A DNA stretch of 64,000 nucleotides, taken from the NCBI GenBank assembly GCA_024679065.1, contig JAGIQG010000011.1, positions 4,216,001-4,280,000 of the forward strand, read 5' to 3'. This DNA comes from Sphyrna mokarran. Taxonomy: Eukaryota. The notes beneath the pieces were generated by a model, which ran no database searches, had not been told where the DNA came from, and saw only the letters and a program-made list of their open reading frames with translations. A program made the position numbers and the translations under genes. This document shows, one piece after another, positions 24,545-37,215 of this stretch; within the stretch, counting starts at the first letter, position 1, and the number at the start of each line of letters is the position of its first letter.

Positions 24545-25776
24545 TTCTGTTATAATGGCCAGAGTCTGCACAATTTCTACACGCACTTCCCTTGGTATAC
24601 TTTGATTCTGCATGTCCGATTCTGATTACTTACCAACTGTAATTACAGTCAGCCCGTTGAATACTGCAATTTGTAAGCCATCCAGTGTTTCAGTTACCTC
24701 TTATTTTACTATAACTTGGGCATCATCTTTGTTAATGACAGATGCAAAGCACTGAGTTTGCGTCTCAGCCATGCTTTCTGTCCTGATTCATAACTCCTCT
24801 TTCAAGTCCCCAGTTAGCTATACTTTCCTTTTACTATTTATATAAAAATAGACTTTCATATTACACTTTTATATAAGTAGTCTCTGCACATAACCTCTCT
24901 TTCTTTCTCTCATTTCTTTTTTCCCTCTTTTTATAATTGGCATGATTCTCAGTTGTAATATTCTGATGTCAATCATATGTACACTTTTTCTGCTTTGGAT
25001 TTATTTGCCTTACATTTCTCTTTTGATGTATACAAGCTATCTCCTCTTCTTGAAGACAGCCAATTGTTCTGTTACAATTTTGTCAGCTAATTTTTTGATT
25101 GCAATTAATCTGGGCTGGATGTTCTCTCCCCATTGAAGTTAGTCCTTCCCCAATTAATCTTTTCTAACTCTGGATTGCTCCTTGTTCTTTTCCATTGCTG
25201 ACCTAAACCTTATGATACACTGCTAATCACTGTCCTCATTCCTCGTTGGGCCAGAAACACAATTCTGAAAATACTCAACATCATTAACTCTCTTCCTTTT
25301 CTACTCTTTGCACCAGTTGCAAATTTGTTCCCTATATCTTTCCCTTTAGATGATGGCTACGATATACCTAACACTGTAATTTCACTTCCACTGTTTCTCA
25401 ACTCTAACCAAATAAATTCTGTCCTTGACCCTTCTGGGACATCATCTTCCTAAGATGTCTGTGATATTCTCATTAATTAGTATTGCTACTCCTTCCATTT
25501 CCTTTTATTCCCTAAATTTTCAGAGGACTTAATATCCTAGAATATTAATGCTCAGTCCTACCCTTTTTTTTTCAGTCAGAACTGTTATCATGACATATTT
25601 TCACTGAACCTGCAGTTCACTTAGTTATTCACTGCACATGGTGTAATTGCATGTGTGCACATGAACTTAATTTAGATCTTAAAGATTTAGATTTTGTAAC
25701 AAATATTTAACTGGAGAGTTGTTGGATTGAGATAAATAATTGAGTGTAATAATTTCTCCTTTTATCCTTGAAATAG

Positions 25777-25874
25777 GTCTCCTCCTTCCGGACCTGAAAT
25801 TTATTGAGGCTTGTCTTCGATGTCTTCGCACAATATTGACAAGCCCTGTGACACCAGTGGAGGTACTTTATACA
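25777..25874 (+). CDS. ARMC8: ARMC8 coding exon 5
   Basis: aaatag|[32 protein letters not shown]|gtaagt; 98 nt. Confidence 0.96.
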
Positions 25875-25954
25875 GTAAGTACAACATTTCAAATGCCTGA
25901 GTAGATTTTGTAGTTGTTGCATCTCTGTTTACAAGAGTATTTCAATTCTTTGAT

Positions 25955-26155
25955 CATAGAATCTACAGTGCAGAAGGAGGCCATTTGGCCTATCAAGCCT
26001 GCACCAACAACAATTCCATCCTATCCCCCTAACCTCACAAATCTGCCCTCTGACATAAGGCACAATATATCATGGCCAATCAATGTAATTTGCACATCTT
26101 TGGACTGTGGGAGGAAACCCACTCAGACACAGGGAGAACGTGCAGTCACCCAAGG
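25955..26155 (-). mobile_element. HE1-like SINE, partial
   Basis: catagaatctacagtgcagaaggaggccatt...gcacatctttggactgtgggaggaaacc. Confidence 0.75.
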
Positions 26156-26533
26156 CCAGATATCTTATTTAAAGACATTATTTTGTGATGAGACACAAAT
26201 TTTATTTTCCCCGCTCTGTTCTTATTTTTAACTAGTTTTTCATTTGCTCCGTTCATTTAAACAGGAGTTCTTACCCAAAGGGCATAAGGCCAACACATAT
26301 TTCTGGAAGGCTTCTCTTGCATTGCCTCTTGCTGGCTGACATAGTAGCAAAATTGTTGCCTGCTTTTAGCTATAAATAATGTAGTGCTTCTTACAATCAA
26401 CTAGCAAGGATAAGAAACTGAGGTGGAGGGAGTGAGGGAACGTGCACATTGGTGTGTTGGAAGTTTCAGGAAACCCGGTTATTTCCTAAAGATGTACAGT
26501 ATTTTAATTTTTTTTGTTTTGATACTTCCCTAG

Positions 26534-26626
26534 GATGTTACTGTGGTTCCACATCTCATGTCCTTGCTTAGTAGATCTCGATATACACAGGAGTACATCT
26601 GTCAAATTTTCTCCCATTGTTGTAAG
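26534..26626 (+). CDS. ARMC8: ARMC8 coding exon 6
   Basis: ccctag|[31 protein letters not shown]|gtaaga; 93 nt. Confidence 0.96.
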
Positions 26627-27132
26627 GTAAGAAACTTTACAAACAAAATTCACGATTTCTATTAAAGGCACACAAACTGAAAAATCTTCAATTATCATTG
26701 CTGACATTTTAACTGTAATCTCAAAATCTGTCATAAATCATTTTAATTATTGTGTTAAACCATATATAATGAATCTGTAACACATTTGACAAAACTAGTG
26801 TGAACAGTTGTTCTTGGAAAAGCATGTGCAAGCACTTGTAACTTGAATTTATTCCACAGGAATCTGTGATCTTTTCTCTTTGTGTTTGTGCTTTATTTCA
26901 CTGAAATGGTGAAGGAATCCAAGGATTTTAGATAAGTTTATTTCAGCTCAGGGACCAATCAGCAGTGATGGGATGAAACTTAATTTGACCAATTTTAACT
27001 GATGACAGAATAGCAGCACAAATTTGTCTAATTTGACAAAATGGGTGTCTTTTAGTTTAGGTGGGGAGAAATGTTAGTGGAAGAAAACTATCTAAGGCAA
27101 ATGGGAAGAAGTAACTTTATCCTTCATGTTTT

Positions 27133-27415
27133 GAGTTTATTTATTAATGTCACAAGTAGGCTTATATTAACACAGCAACGTGAAAATCCCCTAGTCGTTA
27201 CATTTTGGTGCCTGTTCAGGTATGTTGGAGAATTTAGCATGGCCAATCCATCTGACCCGCACGTCTTTGGACTGTAGGAGGAAACTGGAACACTCAGAGG
27301 AAACCCATTCAAACACAGGAAGAATGTGTAGCTTCCTCACAGTCACCCAAGCTGGGAGTTGAACCTGGGTCCCTGGCGCTGAGAGGCAACAGGTTAACCA
27401 TTGTCCCACCATACC
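27133..27415 (-). mobile_element. V-SINE (alternative tail), near full length
   Basis: agtttatttattaatgtcacaagtaggctta...gaacctgggtccctggcgctgagaggcaacaggttaaccattgtcccacc. Confidence 0.82.
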
Positions 27416-28546
27416 AGCCCGTGGCCTGTTTTGTACTCAATTTGCAGTGTTTATGTTGCAAAAGAAGGGCAATATTTCATTTTTCACCTAGATATAAGGT
27501 ATTTAGTTTTGGGTGGAATAGATGCATCCCATTTGATCACACTTTTGGATTTTGACGCCAAATATTCTCAGCTTTAATTTCACTGTTCACTCTAGAAACT
27601 GACCTTTTTATTCTCACCGGAAGATGCTGTAGATTGACGAATAGCAAGGTAAATGTAGCTTGACCCACCAGCTAGCCAAAGAACTGTACTCTGACTGATT
27701 AGAATGTGCCACATGCCTGATCATCTTTACTTTAGAAGGCAGAAGAATGTGTATCAGATTTGGGAATGGATAGAAACCCAAATTGATGATAAATAAAACA
27801 TATTTAACTTTAAAGTCAATGCCTGGAATTGGGACAAACCTTTATTTATCTCCTATATTTTTGCTAGCTTCCCATGGAGATGAAGTCAGCCATATTTATT
27901 ATCCAGAATAGTAAAATTAATATTATTTAACAGTGTTCAGTGTTTTGTCAGTTACAACATTCAAAAGTTTAGCTTAAATAAATATAGATGCTACTTCATA
28001 AACATCTTTACTTGGATATTTCTTTCAGCTTGGAAAATTAAAAGTCTGACTTTAATCCTGAGGTTTGTGACTGATGAAAAGGAATCCAGTTTAAAAAAAA
28101 TCCATTATAACAAAAATGTGTCAATTTGTCATCACCCTACACGGGTGGGGGGAAGAATTGTCCTTCTTTCTTCAGCAACTCTATACAGTTTTGACATTTG
28201 AAGAATTCAAGGAGGCATCATGTGGTGCTCAAGCATTTGCTGCAGATGCACCTTCTGATTAGTTGCTTGTACAGGAATTTCTGACTGTGTGGGATTATCA
28301 TTGCCACAATTTACAGTTTCAAGCAGATTGTTGATGTATTTTGGGCAGTGGTACAAATTTAGGTTCTCAGTAACCTTCAGGTTCTCAGTAGTCTTGAGGT
28401 TTGTGGAGGTCTCTGAAGTGAAGTTCATGAAGTATGTTGACCTGAATCTGAGAAACCCTTGGACAAAGTAGGTTTTCCTTTCTGTCTCAAACCTTCACTA
28501 CCCAGTGGAAAGCCATTTGTATTTGCTTTCAAGTTGATTTTAATGA

Positions 28547-28856
28547 GGGTGGCACAGTGGATAGCACTGCCGCCTCTCAGTGCCATGGATCCAGGTTCAG
28601 TTTCTGCCTTGGATCATTGTCTGTGTGGCATTTGCACATTCTCCCTGCGTCTGAATGGGTTTCCTCTGGATGGTCCGGTTTCCTTCCATAGTCAAAGATG
28701 TGCGGGTTAGGTTAACTAGCCATGCTAAATTGCCCTTAGTGTCAGGAGAACTCAGGGTCAGGGTCAAATATTGGAGTTATGAGGATAGGGTGGGGTTGTT
28801 GTTGGTGCAGGCATGATGGGCTGAATGGCCTCCTTGTGCACTATAGTGATTCTATG
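28547..28856 (+). mobile_element. Full-length HE1-like SINE
   Basis: gggtggcacagtgg A-box, ggttcag B-box remnant, V-domain, CR1-derived tail gggctgaatggcctcct...gattctatg. Confidence 0.85.
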
Positions 28857-28899
28857 TTCGATGTGCTTACTTAAGTGACTTAATAAATGTCTTCAGGCA

Positions 28900-29420
28900 T
28901 TTCAGAAGTGCAGAAGTGAGGGAGTGATTGAAGACACCATTGAAAATGTAGAATTTGAGGAAGCTTTTCTAAGTTTAGGGAGCAATGTAAGGAGAAGGTT
29001 TGAGCTGAGGGTGCAAATGTTTGAAAATATTTAAATAACGCAAGGTAAGATAACACAAAGCAAAAGTCAGAAACCTTGACACAGAGGACTCTGGTTCTGT
29101 AGTTTGGATAGGACAGGCCATGGAAGGATTTATGCATGATAGGATGTAACCAGCATTTGAGGGAGCTGAGATGTATGGCAGGATGGAGCATGGCAGATTA
29201 GAGAATAGAGAAGAAACTGAACTTGTGTGTGATGAAGGTGGAGGTGGGGCAGAGGTTGAAATAAGCAGAAGTATATTGGATAGAATTTGGTGCTTTGAAG
29301 TTCAACCAAGTGTTAAATGTATGAATGTAGTTGCTTGCAGTTGTATTGAGTCATAGAAGAAGTGGATAGAATTGAGATTTTGGATGCAAAGTTATTTCTG
29401 GGAGTTGAATATATGTTAGG
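28900..29420 (-). mobile_element. Old L2-like LINE fragment
   Basis: Purine-rich antisense L2-type sequence (ggaaggatttatg...gagaatagagaag...aggttgaaataag). Confidence 0.45.
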
Positions 29421-31841
29421 CATGGATAGCTGCAGTACCATATTGAGAACTTGATTTTCTGTTTATCTGTTTTTACTCCATTTGGGCAATATCTGTTTTT
29501 GGCACTTGCCTTTTGTGTATTGAGGGCCCCATAAATCTCAACCATCTCTGCTGCATGTTCCATGTTACAATTTTGACTTCCAATAATTTTAACGTCTGTT
29601 CACAGAACAAAGAAGATTTTTTTCAAACCTTTGATGTTGTGAACTGAATAGCATATCACAGAGTAGGCACTGCCATTTTACTGTGAAGTTACACAGCAGA
29701 GCAGCCTATTTGTGCAGCTCAAAAGGCAATAATTATTCTTGTTGAATCAAGGCTTAAAATAATACTAGATTCATTTGCAAGCAACATAATTGCACAAAAA
29801 TAGATGCAGCAATGCACCAGTAATATAATATCTGATAAGATGTAGTCAAACATCTTGGATGAAATAAATGTGATCCAGTGACTTGGCTCATATAAAGTTG
29901 TATTCTCATCTTTGAAATCCGGATATATGTAGTGGTAGGTTGGATGGGTTTTCCAGCATGGAAGGCATCGGATTATTAATCATTGTTACCATTTTGGTAT
30001 ACAGAGGTTTCTTAATAAATTAGATTTTAAGACATTGAGTGTGAATATTCCCCAAATTTAAGTTAATGGTTAACCAGTTGCGTTAACAGTTTTCCAAATG
30101 CTCTAGTCGGTGGGGTGTTTTGGTGCAGGTGACCTGGGAGATGATGGGTGATGGGGATGGTCGCACTGAAAGCGAAATCGTACTGACACCAGTGGGACCA
30201 GAAGATCCCATTGCCAGCTGATAGTGGGCCGCTTCTACTGCCTCAAAATGCACCGCTGCGGGGAATGTGGAAAATCCAACCAAACATCTCAAAAGGAGTT
30301 GAGCTAGCTATTGTATAATCCTGCAACAAAACTAATTTGCCAATATCAGAAATATTACAAACAAAGGAAGCTAGTTGAACCACGTTATTCTCAACAACAA
30401 ATCTATCTTGACAATTTTATCTACTGGATGTTCATGAAGCAGTGAAGCTGCATGTTCAGAAATAACAGCAAATATTTTTTCCTCCACATTTATTTGTCAG
30501 TCTAAGGTCTTGCAAAATGATACAATCTAGAAGTTCTCCCTATTTGTGGCAAATCAAAGTTCTGCTTCTATTGTACATTGGTTCGGTTCTGTATTCAGAA
30601 GGGGGAAGTTAATTATGTTGTCTGGTACTTGAACTAAGCACTGTTTGTTAGGACTGTTGACTAATGCAATGGCATCACCCCATTGCTGCCTCTACTTGCA
30701 CTGTATCACAGATCTGATTCAGAACTGCCAAATAAGGATGATTACATCCCAACTCCTTTTGTATTGTCCTCCTCACTTCCACAATACAACATAATGCTTC
30801 TGAATACTTTTAAGCTTCAAGTTGGAAAGATAAATTGTGGAGAACTAACCTAATAACAGTGCTTGTTAAAAGGAAATTCCTAGGCATAGTAAGAGGAATT
30901 AAGATTGGGCCAAGTTAGCGTGGTGGATTGTGTGATGCTGTGGGAGAGGAAATTGTGATTTATAAGCAATGGCAGTGAGTTGATGTCTTCTGGTTGATTA
31001 ACATGGATTCTAGTGTAAAACAAAAGCTCAATATTATACTTTCCAATTACTAATCAGTAACTGAATTTATTTTACATTATACATTTCCAATTTGTACTTG
31101 GTTGTGTTTAATTGTATTTGTTTTCTACCAGATTGGCTCAGTTAATGGCAATTCTGAGTCTGAGTTCCTCACTAGAGGATGTTGAATGCCCAATTTTATA
31201 ATTTAACAATGAGTACTGGCTGTTTCTGAGTACTCCTTTTTATTTGCATGCTATTACTGATTATATTTAATTACAGTATTAGATTGTTGCACCTCATGAC
31301 CTAGTAGTAATTCTCATGGTAAAGCGATGATTTTTTACTGTCTTTCAATCATCAGGTATTTAAAATTCAAGTTTAATGCTTCTTGTTCCCCATCTCCTAA
31401 TTTACTTTGTCTTCTCTTTTGCTCATCTGTCTGTATTTCTGACTAAACCAATTCAATAAGAAGAACTTGAAGTTATTAATATGGGTTACTTTTAATCTTT
31501 GTTATTGACTGGCCTTTTGCTGCAGCTTCATTTTTAAAATAACGGTTCAGCTATTTTTAAGTTTATTGTTGACATAATGTAAGGAGTATTGTTTTAACGA
31601 CATTTGAAGAAAACTCAACCTTTTTTTTGAAAATATACAATTTTTAAGTCAATTCCTTTCTGCATGGATAGATTTTATCCTTTGAATCCAAACTAAAAAT
31701 GGGCTATGTGTGCCCTTCAAGTCTTAACCTTATAGTGGTGTTTAATACATGGATGATTTTTTTCCTGTTTTCCCTCTTTAAACTTTGCTTTGGCAAGTGA
31801 AGTGGAACAGAAATATTAAATTGTCTCTTTGTCTCTGTTAG

Positions 31842-31922
31842 ACTCCGGAGCACCAGGCTGTGTTGTTCACCCATGGTGCAGTTCAGAACATTGCCCATCT
31901 ACTGACTTCATCTTCATACAAA
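31842..31922 (+). CDS. ARMC8: ARMC8 coding exon 7
   Basis: ctgttag|[27 protein letters not shown]|gtaagc; 81 nt. Confidence 0.96.
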
Positions 31923-32863
31923 GTAAGCGCTTGAAAATTATGTAGAGAAGAAATATTTGGTAAAGATATTTTAAGTTTGACCAAGACCCCTAGAGTAAGA
32001 ATTTGTGTACTGCACTCTGTAACAGAAATGTCCAATTTTTTGAAGAACAGTTTTATTTTTGAAAGCAGACATTCTTTTGAATTATCTCATAATGGTCTAA
32101 GCCTTTTTTGATGTATCTTTGTCTATTATCTGTGCTGTTCAACAGCATTCTAGGAAAATGTCAAACTGTTTCAAATGATAGGGAACCAGCTAGGGGATGC
32201 AGTCAGGATTTTATACGTTTCACTGAGACTCCCTCTCGTTCGAATGAATACAAATCTAGTTAACCTAATCTCTGCTCGTATGACAATCCTGCCATTCGAG
32301 GAATCATTTGAGGTGAATCTTTGTTGCACTCCCTGTATGGCAAGTATATTCTTTCTTAAGTAAGGAGACCAAAACTACACAGCATACTCCAAATGTTGGT
32401 TCACCAGGACCTTGTACAGCAAGACACCTTCGTGCCTGTACTCAAATCCTCTTGTAATGAAGGCCAGCATATCATGTACCTTCATGATCAATGAGCAGAA
32501 GTAACAGTGGGGGTGGAAAAAGTCAATTCTTATGATGCAGGGAGTATTGGGTCTGACATTTAGTGCAAGGTTAATTGAATAGGATGTTGAGGTTGCAAAT
32601 AGTCTACCTTAACCTACAGTGGCTAATGAGAGGGATTAAGTTGGCAATGACAGCTTCCCAATGTTAAGCTTGATGAAAGTGTCCTTTCTAAGACTGGACG
32701 TTTGGAAAGAGAGATATTGTGGAAGGGTTGAAGTAGCAGGAGAGGCAGAGCTGGGTCCTACCAGCATAAATGTGAAAAGTGACCATCAAAACTTAATCTT
32801 AAACTGTCTAAAATGTAAAAATATTGACAACTGAAGTATTTATTCAATTTTGTTTCTCAATAG

Positions 32864-32939
32864 GTTCAGATGCAAGCATTAAAATGCTTTTCAGTCTTGG
32901 CTTATGAAAATCCACAAGTTTCTTTGACTCTTGTAAATG
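32864..32939 (+). CDS. ARMC8: ARMC8 coding exon 8
   Basis: caatag|VQMQALKCFSVLAYENPQVSLTLVN(V)|gtgagt; 76 nt. Confidence 0.96.
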
Positions 32940-33540
32940 GTGAGTAGTGTATTTTGTTGAGTTCCTCTGTCTACTTATTTTCTCTGTTCTATATCTTTTC
33001 TAGAAGCATGACTTGTTACATTTTACATAACTAGAATGTATATGGAATCCAGTGTGTAAGTTGAACTTTATTAGTATTTTTATTGAGATATAACCAGCAT
33101 TTTAGTAGAATATTTTTCATGGGGCTGTTCAATCAGATACAGATCTGATGTCTTAAGTAGTTTTGTTCTTATAAATTTCGATAAACCAATTTTATAAAAG
33201 GAACTTAAAATCAATTCAATATGCTTTCCCTCTACATGAACATTGTTTCTCTGAAGTAATGTTTATTTGTGATCAGAGGCACCCTCTGGTGTTCTAGGCG
33301 TGTGATTGCATTAATGTTGCTCTTCTATCCTTTGTAGGATTCAAAGCCACAGGTGATTTTCACATTAATATTTGATTGTGTTTTATTAGCTGATATTTGC
33401 TTATTTTTGTTTAAGTATGATTAATCCAATGTTTGCTGTTTCTGTCAGTGAAGTGAAAGCTGCTACAAAACCAGTGCAAGCATCCTCTGTCAAAGACTTT
33501 GCTTGCAACTTCTCCAGTAACTCATATTTTTCTGTTTTAG

Positions 33541-33631
33541 TGTTGGTGGATGGTGAGTTATTACCCCAAGTATTTGTGAAGATGATGCAGAGGGATAAAC
33601 CTATTGAAATGCAGCTGACATCTGCAAAATG
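33541..33631 (+). CDS. ARMC8: ARMC8 coding exon 9
   Basis: gttttag|[29 protein letters not shown](C)|gtacct; 91 nt. Confidence 0.95.
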
Positions 33632-33885
33632 GTACCTATTCATTTTTTTTATTACTGACATTTTGTTAAAGGTGCATATCTTGCCATTTAAATTAAATAG
33701 ACAGGTAAATTGTTTCCACAACTGTTCCAAACATTATGGTTTATCCTATAATATTTGAAGATATTTGCTTTGTTCTTAATGTGTCAGCAGAGTTTATTAT
33801 CTACTTGATATAATTAACAAACACAATGAATACTGAACATTCCAGTTATTTCTGTAAGTTATATTACAATTTTATTATTTTACAG

Positions 33886-33946
33886 TTTGACTTACATGTG
33901 CAGGGCTGGTGCAATCCGGACAGATGATAACAGTATAGTTTTAAAG
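33886..33946 (+). CDS. ARMC8: ARMC8 coding exon 10
   Basis: tttacag|LTYMCRAGAIRTDDNSIVLK|gttggt; 61 nt. Confidence 0.96.
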
Positions 33947-34493
33947 GTTGGTATGAGGTTTCAACAGTATAATCAACCTATTTGCACGCTCTCTCTCTCT
34001 TCCTCTCTCCCCCCCCACCCCCACCCTCCCTTCAATATCTCAACTATAGTCAGAATCACAGCTGAGATATTGTACAAGAAAAATATTCTTCTTCAATGTG
34101 ACGAAAAATCTGAGTATCCGCGTTGGGAAAAGAAGTGATGAATAGAAATCACTTGATTCCGATTGAGAAAATTCTGTTAAAGTAAGGCTGCTTCAAGATG
34201 TTCCATCTTGTTTCAAAATCCAGGATGATGACGTTCCATGTTTTCTTGCTGTTTCTCTTCTTCACAGTAACAATAGGCAAGTTAAGTTGTATAATTGAAT
34301 CAGTTATTCTTTGTCTTGCTTAAGAACAATTTGGGTCTGAAGCAAACACCAGGGATTTCATTTGGAGAGGGTTTGAGCAGAATGTACCCATGGGTGCAAA
34401 TAAATGCACTGTTATTTCATAAGCGACTATCATTCATTAAACAGTTTTTCCTTTTTATCTTTCTGTTTTAGCAAATAAACTCTTCAAGTTCAC

Positions 34494-35098
34494 TGGGCAA
34501 TTCTTCCAATCGCTCTTTCCACCCTCTGCCAGGAGTGATTCACTCCACTGCGGTTTACAGTAGCTCCCCGCTAATAGGGAACTAGTGGCTGAGATCAGGG
34601 GAAAGAAGCAGTGCCCCCTGGGCTTTGCCAGTCTGGCTCACTGGGAATTTCCAAGAGACACCTTTGCACTGCTCACAGGGCATCAGGGCAGTGCCAAGGA
34701 GGTGGGGCCTATGGGACAAGACCTGTTGGGAGCAATCGATGCCACTCTGCAATTAAGATCAGTAGCAGAGGAAGTGAGGACAATTGGCCCAGACACATGG
34801 AAGGCCAGTGATTAGGAGGTGGGGGGGATCAGGGATGCAGCGATTGGGAGGTTGGCAGTACGGGGCTACTGCGCATGCTCCAATTTCTGTCCTGACAGAT
34901 TGGTGCATGCGCAGAGACCCGTTCAGTGCAATGCTGTCAGCTTCCCCCTCGGGAATAGTCTCCCCAACCCCGGATTTTTATCGTGATTCACGCTGATGCA
35001 CTCTGCAGTACTCAGTGTCAGAGATTCATTTTGCAAGTGAGTAACTGTGGTTTTTATACAAATTCAGTACTTTGTTTTTCTGGGAGAATCCTGGTCCC
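34494..35098. mobile_element. GC-rich MITE-like repeat with a central hairpin
   Basis: Degenerate inverted ends gggcaattcttcc / gggagaatcctggtccc; internal palindrome at 34869-34914; similar GC-rich fragments at about 12880-13110, 23120-23545 and 30090-30290. Confidence 0.5.
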
Positions 35099-36879
35099 CA
35101 TGTATATGCCATGTAAATGAATATACCCAGTGGAGTTACTATTACTCGTTTTTATTTACTAATCAGAAATACAATTGACCATTTCTGGATTTCCAATTAG
35201 CTGCAGTATGGCTTGGAGCCTAATGTACCTAATAAAGATAAATTAGGTACCTCCTGTACCTAATAAAGAAAAAATACAGTGCCTCAGCATGCAGTTCCTG
35301 TTGTGTTTTTGCTTTTCTTTTATAAATTTCAGTCTCTGCATTTTTACTGGAATCCATATTCCAACTATGACGTGAATGCCAAACCTTTGACAGGAGTGAA
35401 GGTGGCGACCATAATGGAATGATCAGTATCTATTTTTTAATGGTACATCTTCATTCTGTCACTGGAGACCCTTTGGCTTACATGGTTTGCCCAGAGATTT
35501 TGCTTGGAGGATCAAGTGTTTGTGAATTCTGTTTTGTTCAGCAACAAGTGTGGTATCTTATCCGTGGCTCACATGTATTTGCTTTGGTCACTTCCCCAGG
35601 CAATGAGGACCTTTTGCGTATGTCTTGTGTCAATTGCTTAAGGAAGTTGTATTTAGCCACTTGCTTCATACTCTATTTACAAGATTATTGCTTCTTTACA
35701 ACCTCTAGAACCACATACACAGCCTGGAAAGACTTCTGCATTTGTCTGTTATAGAATGATAATACAGTTTAAATACTGCTGAGGAATATGGACACTAGGC
35801 TATTCCATTGTAACTTTTCTTACGAGTCAAAGAATGGCTACTAAAAATATATAAGTACAGGATAGAATGGTCTACCTGTATCTTCCTACTGGAGTTGAGA
35901 ACTCTGGTTGGTGACCACTTTGTAAAGTTTGGTCATGTGATATTGTAACCACAGTGATGCCTGAGCAGGTGACACCCACATGTGTCACTGTTTTTCTGTC
36001 CTTGCTTCTATACATTCCGGTTTGGCCTCAACTTCTTTGTAAAGGTGTACGCTCGGATTTGGGGACCTCAGTCATAGCTGATCAGTACCTGAATGTCACA
36101 TGCCTAAACTATCAGGTTGGAACAAACAAATTGAGAGATTACTCCAAATTATTTCCCCAATCATTTGGACACTTCTCAAAAGCAAATCATCCCAAACTCT
36201 GCTCTGCACCAATATCTTTTTGAAGCACTTTTGAGATTTTTCATACAATGATGGAAATTATATTTCATAGGGCCACTTGGCATCTTTTGCCAGTGTTTGT
36301 TTTTGCTCCTGTAATCCATTCCCTTCAGATTTTTTTACATTTCTTTCCAAATATTTGTTCCACTTCAAATGGTGATCTAATCTCTATCTCGATGATCACT
36401 CAAGTGCATTTGTGGTTCAAGTTGTTCTCAGTTCGAGAATCCTCCTCCCATTCCTTGTTTCCTCCAATTTTCCCCACTTTTTCGAACCTATTTTCTCCTC
36501 AGCCCTCAGTTCACACCTTCCTCCTCCACTGTCTTTTACCTCCTTCCAGTGGACATTTGGAAAGGTTGGAAACGCTCCAAGTCACCAGTCTCCGTTTTTA
36601 GTATCTAGTGAAATGATTTAAGAAAAAATACAGATCATGTATATTCCCCACACATACATGTTTGAAAAAGAAAATTGCCTTTCGGTCTTACCAGATAATA
36701 GATTAGACCTTGCTGGAAAACTACTGGTGTACAGTAAATGATGTACATCACTACTAAAGTACGAATTAAGCAGTGTGTTCTGGGATCTTGCTGATCATTT
36801 TATGCTAATTCACTGTTTGCTTTGCACAAGCATCTCCCTTTTTTTGATAAACCTGTAGTTTTCACATTTGCTCACTTTT

Positions 36880-37215
36880 TTCTTCTGTGGGATGCAGGCA
36901 TAGCTGGCAAGGCCAGCATTTGTTGCCTATTCCTAATTGCCTTTCAAATAGGGTGGCTTGTTGGCTGTTGCAGAGGGGAATTAAGGGCCAGTCGCATTAC
37001 TGAGGGACTGAAGTCACATAGACAGGACCAGACGAGATGGCAGATTGCCTTCCTTGAAGGACATTAGTGAATCAGGTTTTTTTTAATTTGACAGTGAATG
37101 ATAGTTTTGTGATCATCATTACTGAGGCTGGTTTTATATTCTATATTAACTGAATCGAAATGCCATCAGCTGCCTTAGTGGGATTACTAGTCCATGGCAT
37201 TATCACTCCATCTCG
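36880..37215 (-). mobile_element. SINE sharing its 3' end with the 19960-type LINE
   Basis: gggatgcaggcatagctggcaaggccagcatttgttgcctattcctaattgcc...ggattactagtcca; related copies at about 55600-55872 (-) and 50580-50860 (+). Confidence 0.7.

Larger units (their letters stand above)
23546..25680 (-). mobile_element. Decayed CR1 LINE ORF2, interrupted by nested SINE and Penelope insertions
   Basis: Minus ORF 23545..23745 GNEIDVMNMDFQKTFDK...HGIK...WLSNRKQ matches the RT motif region of CR1. Confidence 0.85.

Noticed and set aside
25761-25776. TATCCTTGAA before exon 5 (and ATATCCTT before exon 12) resembling U12 intron signals
   Set aside because: The paired donors are GTAATG and GTAAGT (U2 type); no GTATCCTT or ATATCCTT donor at any exon end.
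28360-28392. Short tandem duplications (AGGTTCTCAGTA x2; also GACTAATTTTAAT x2 at about 49221-49252)
   Set aside because: Ordinary slippage products with no sign of function.
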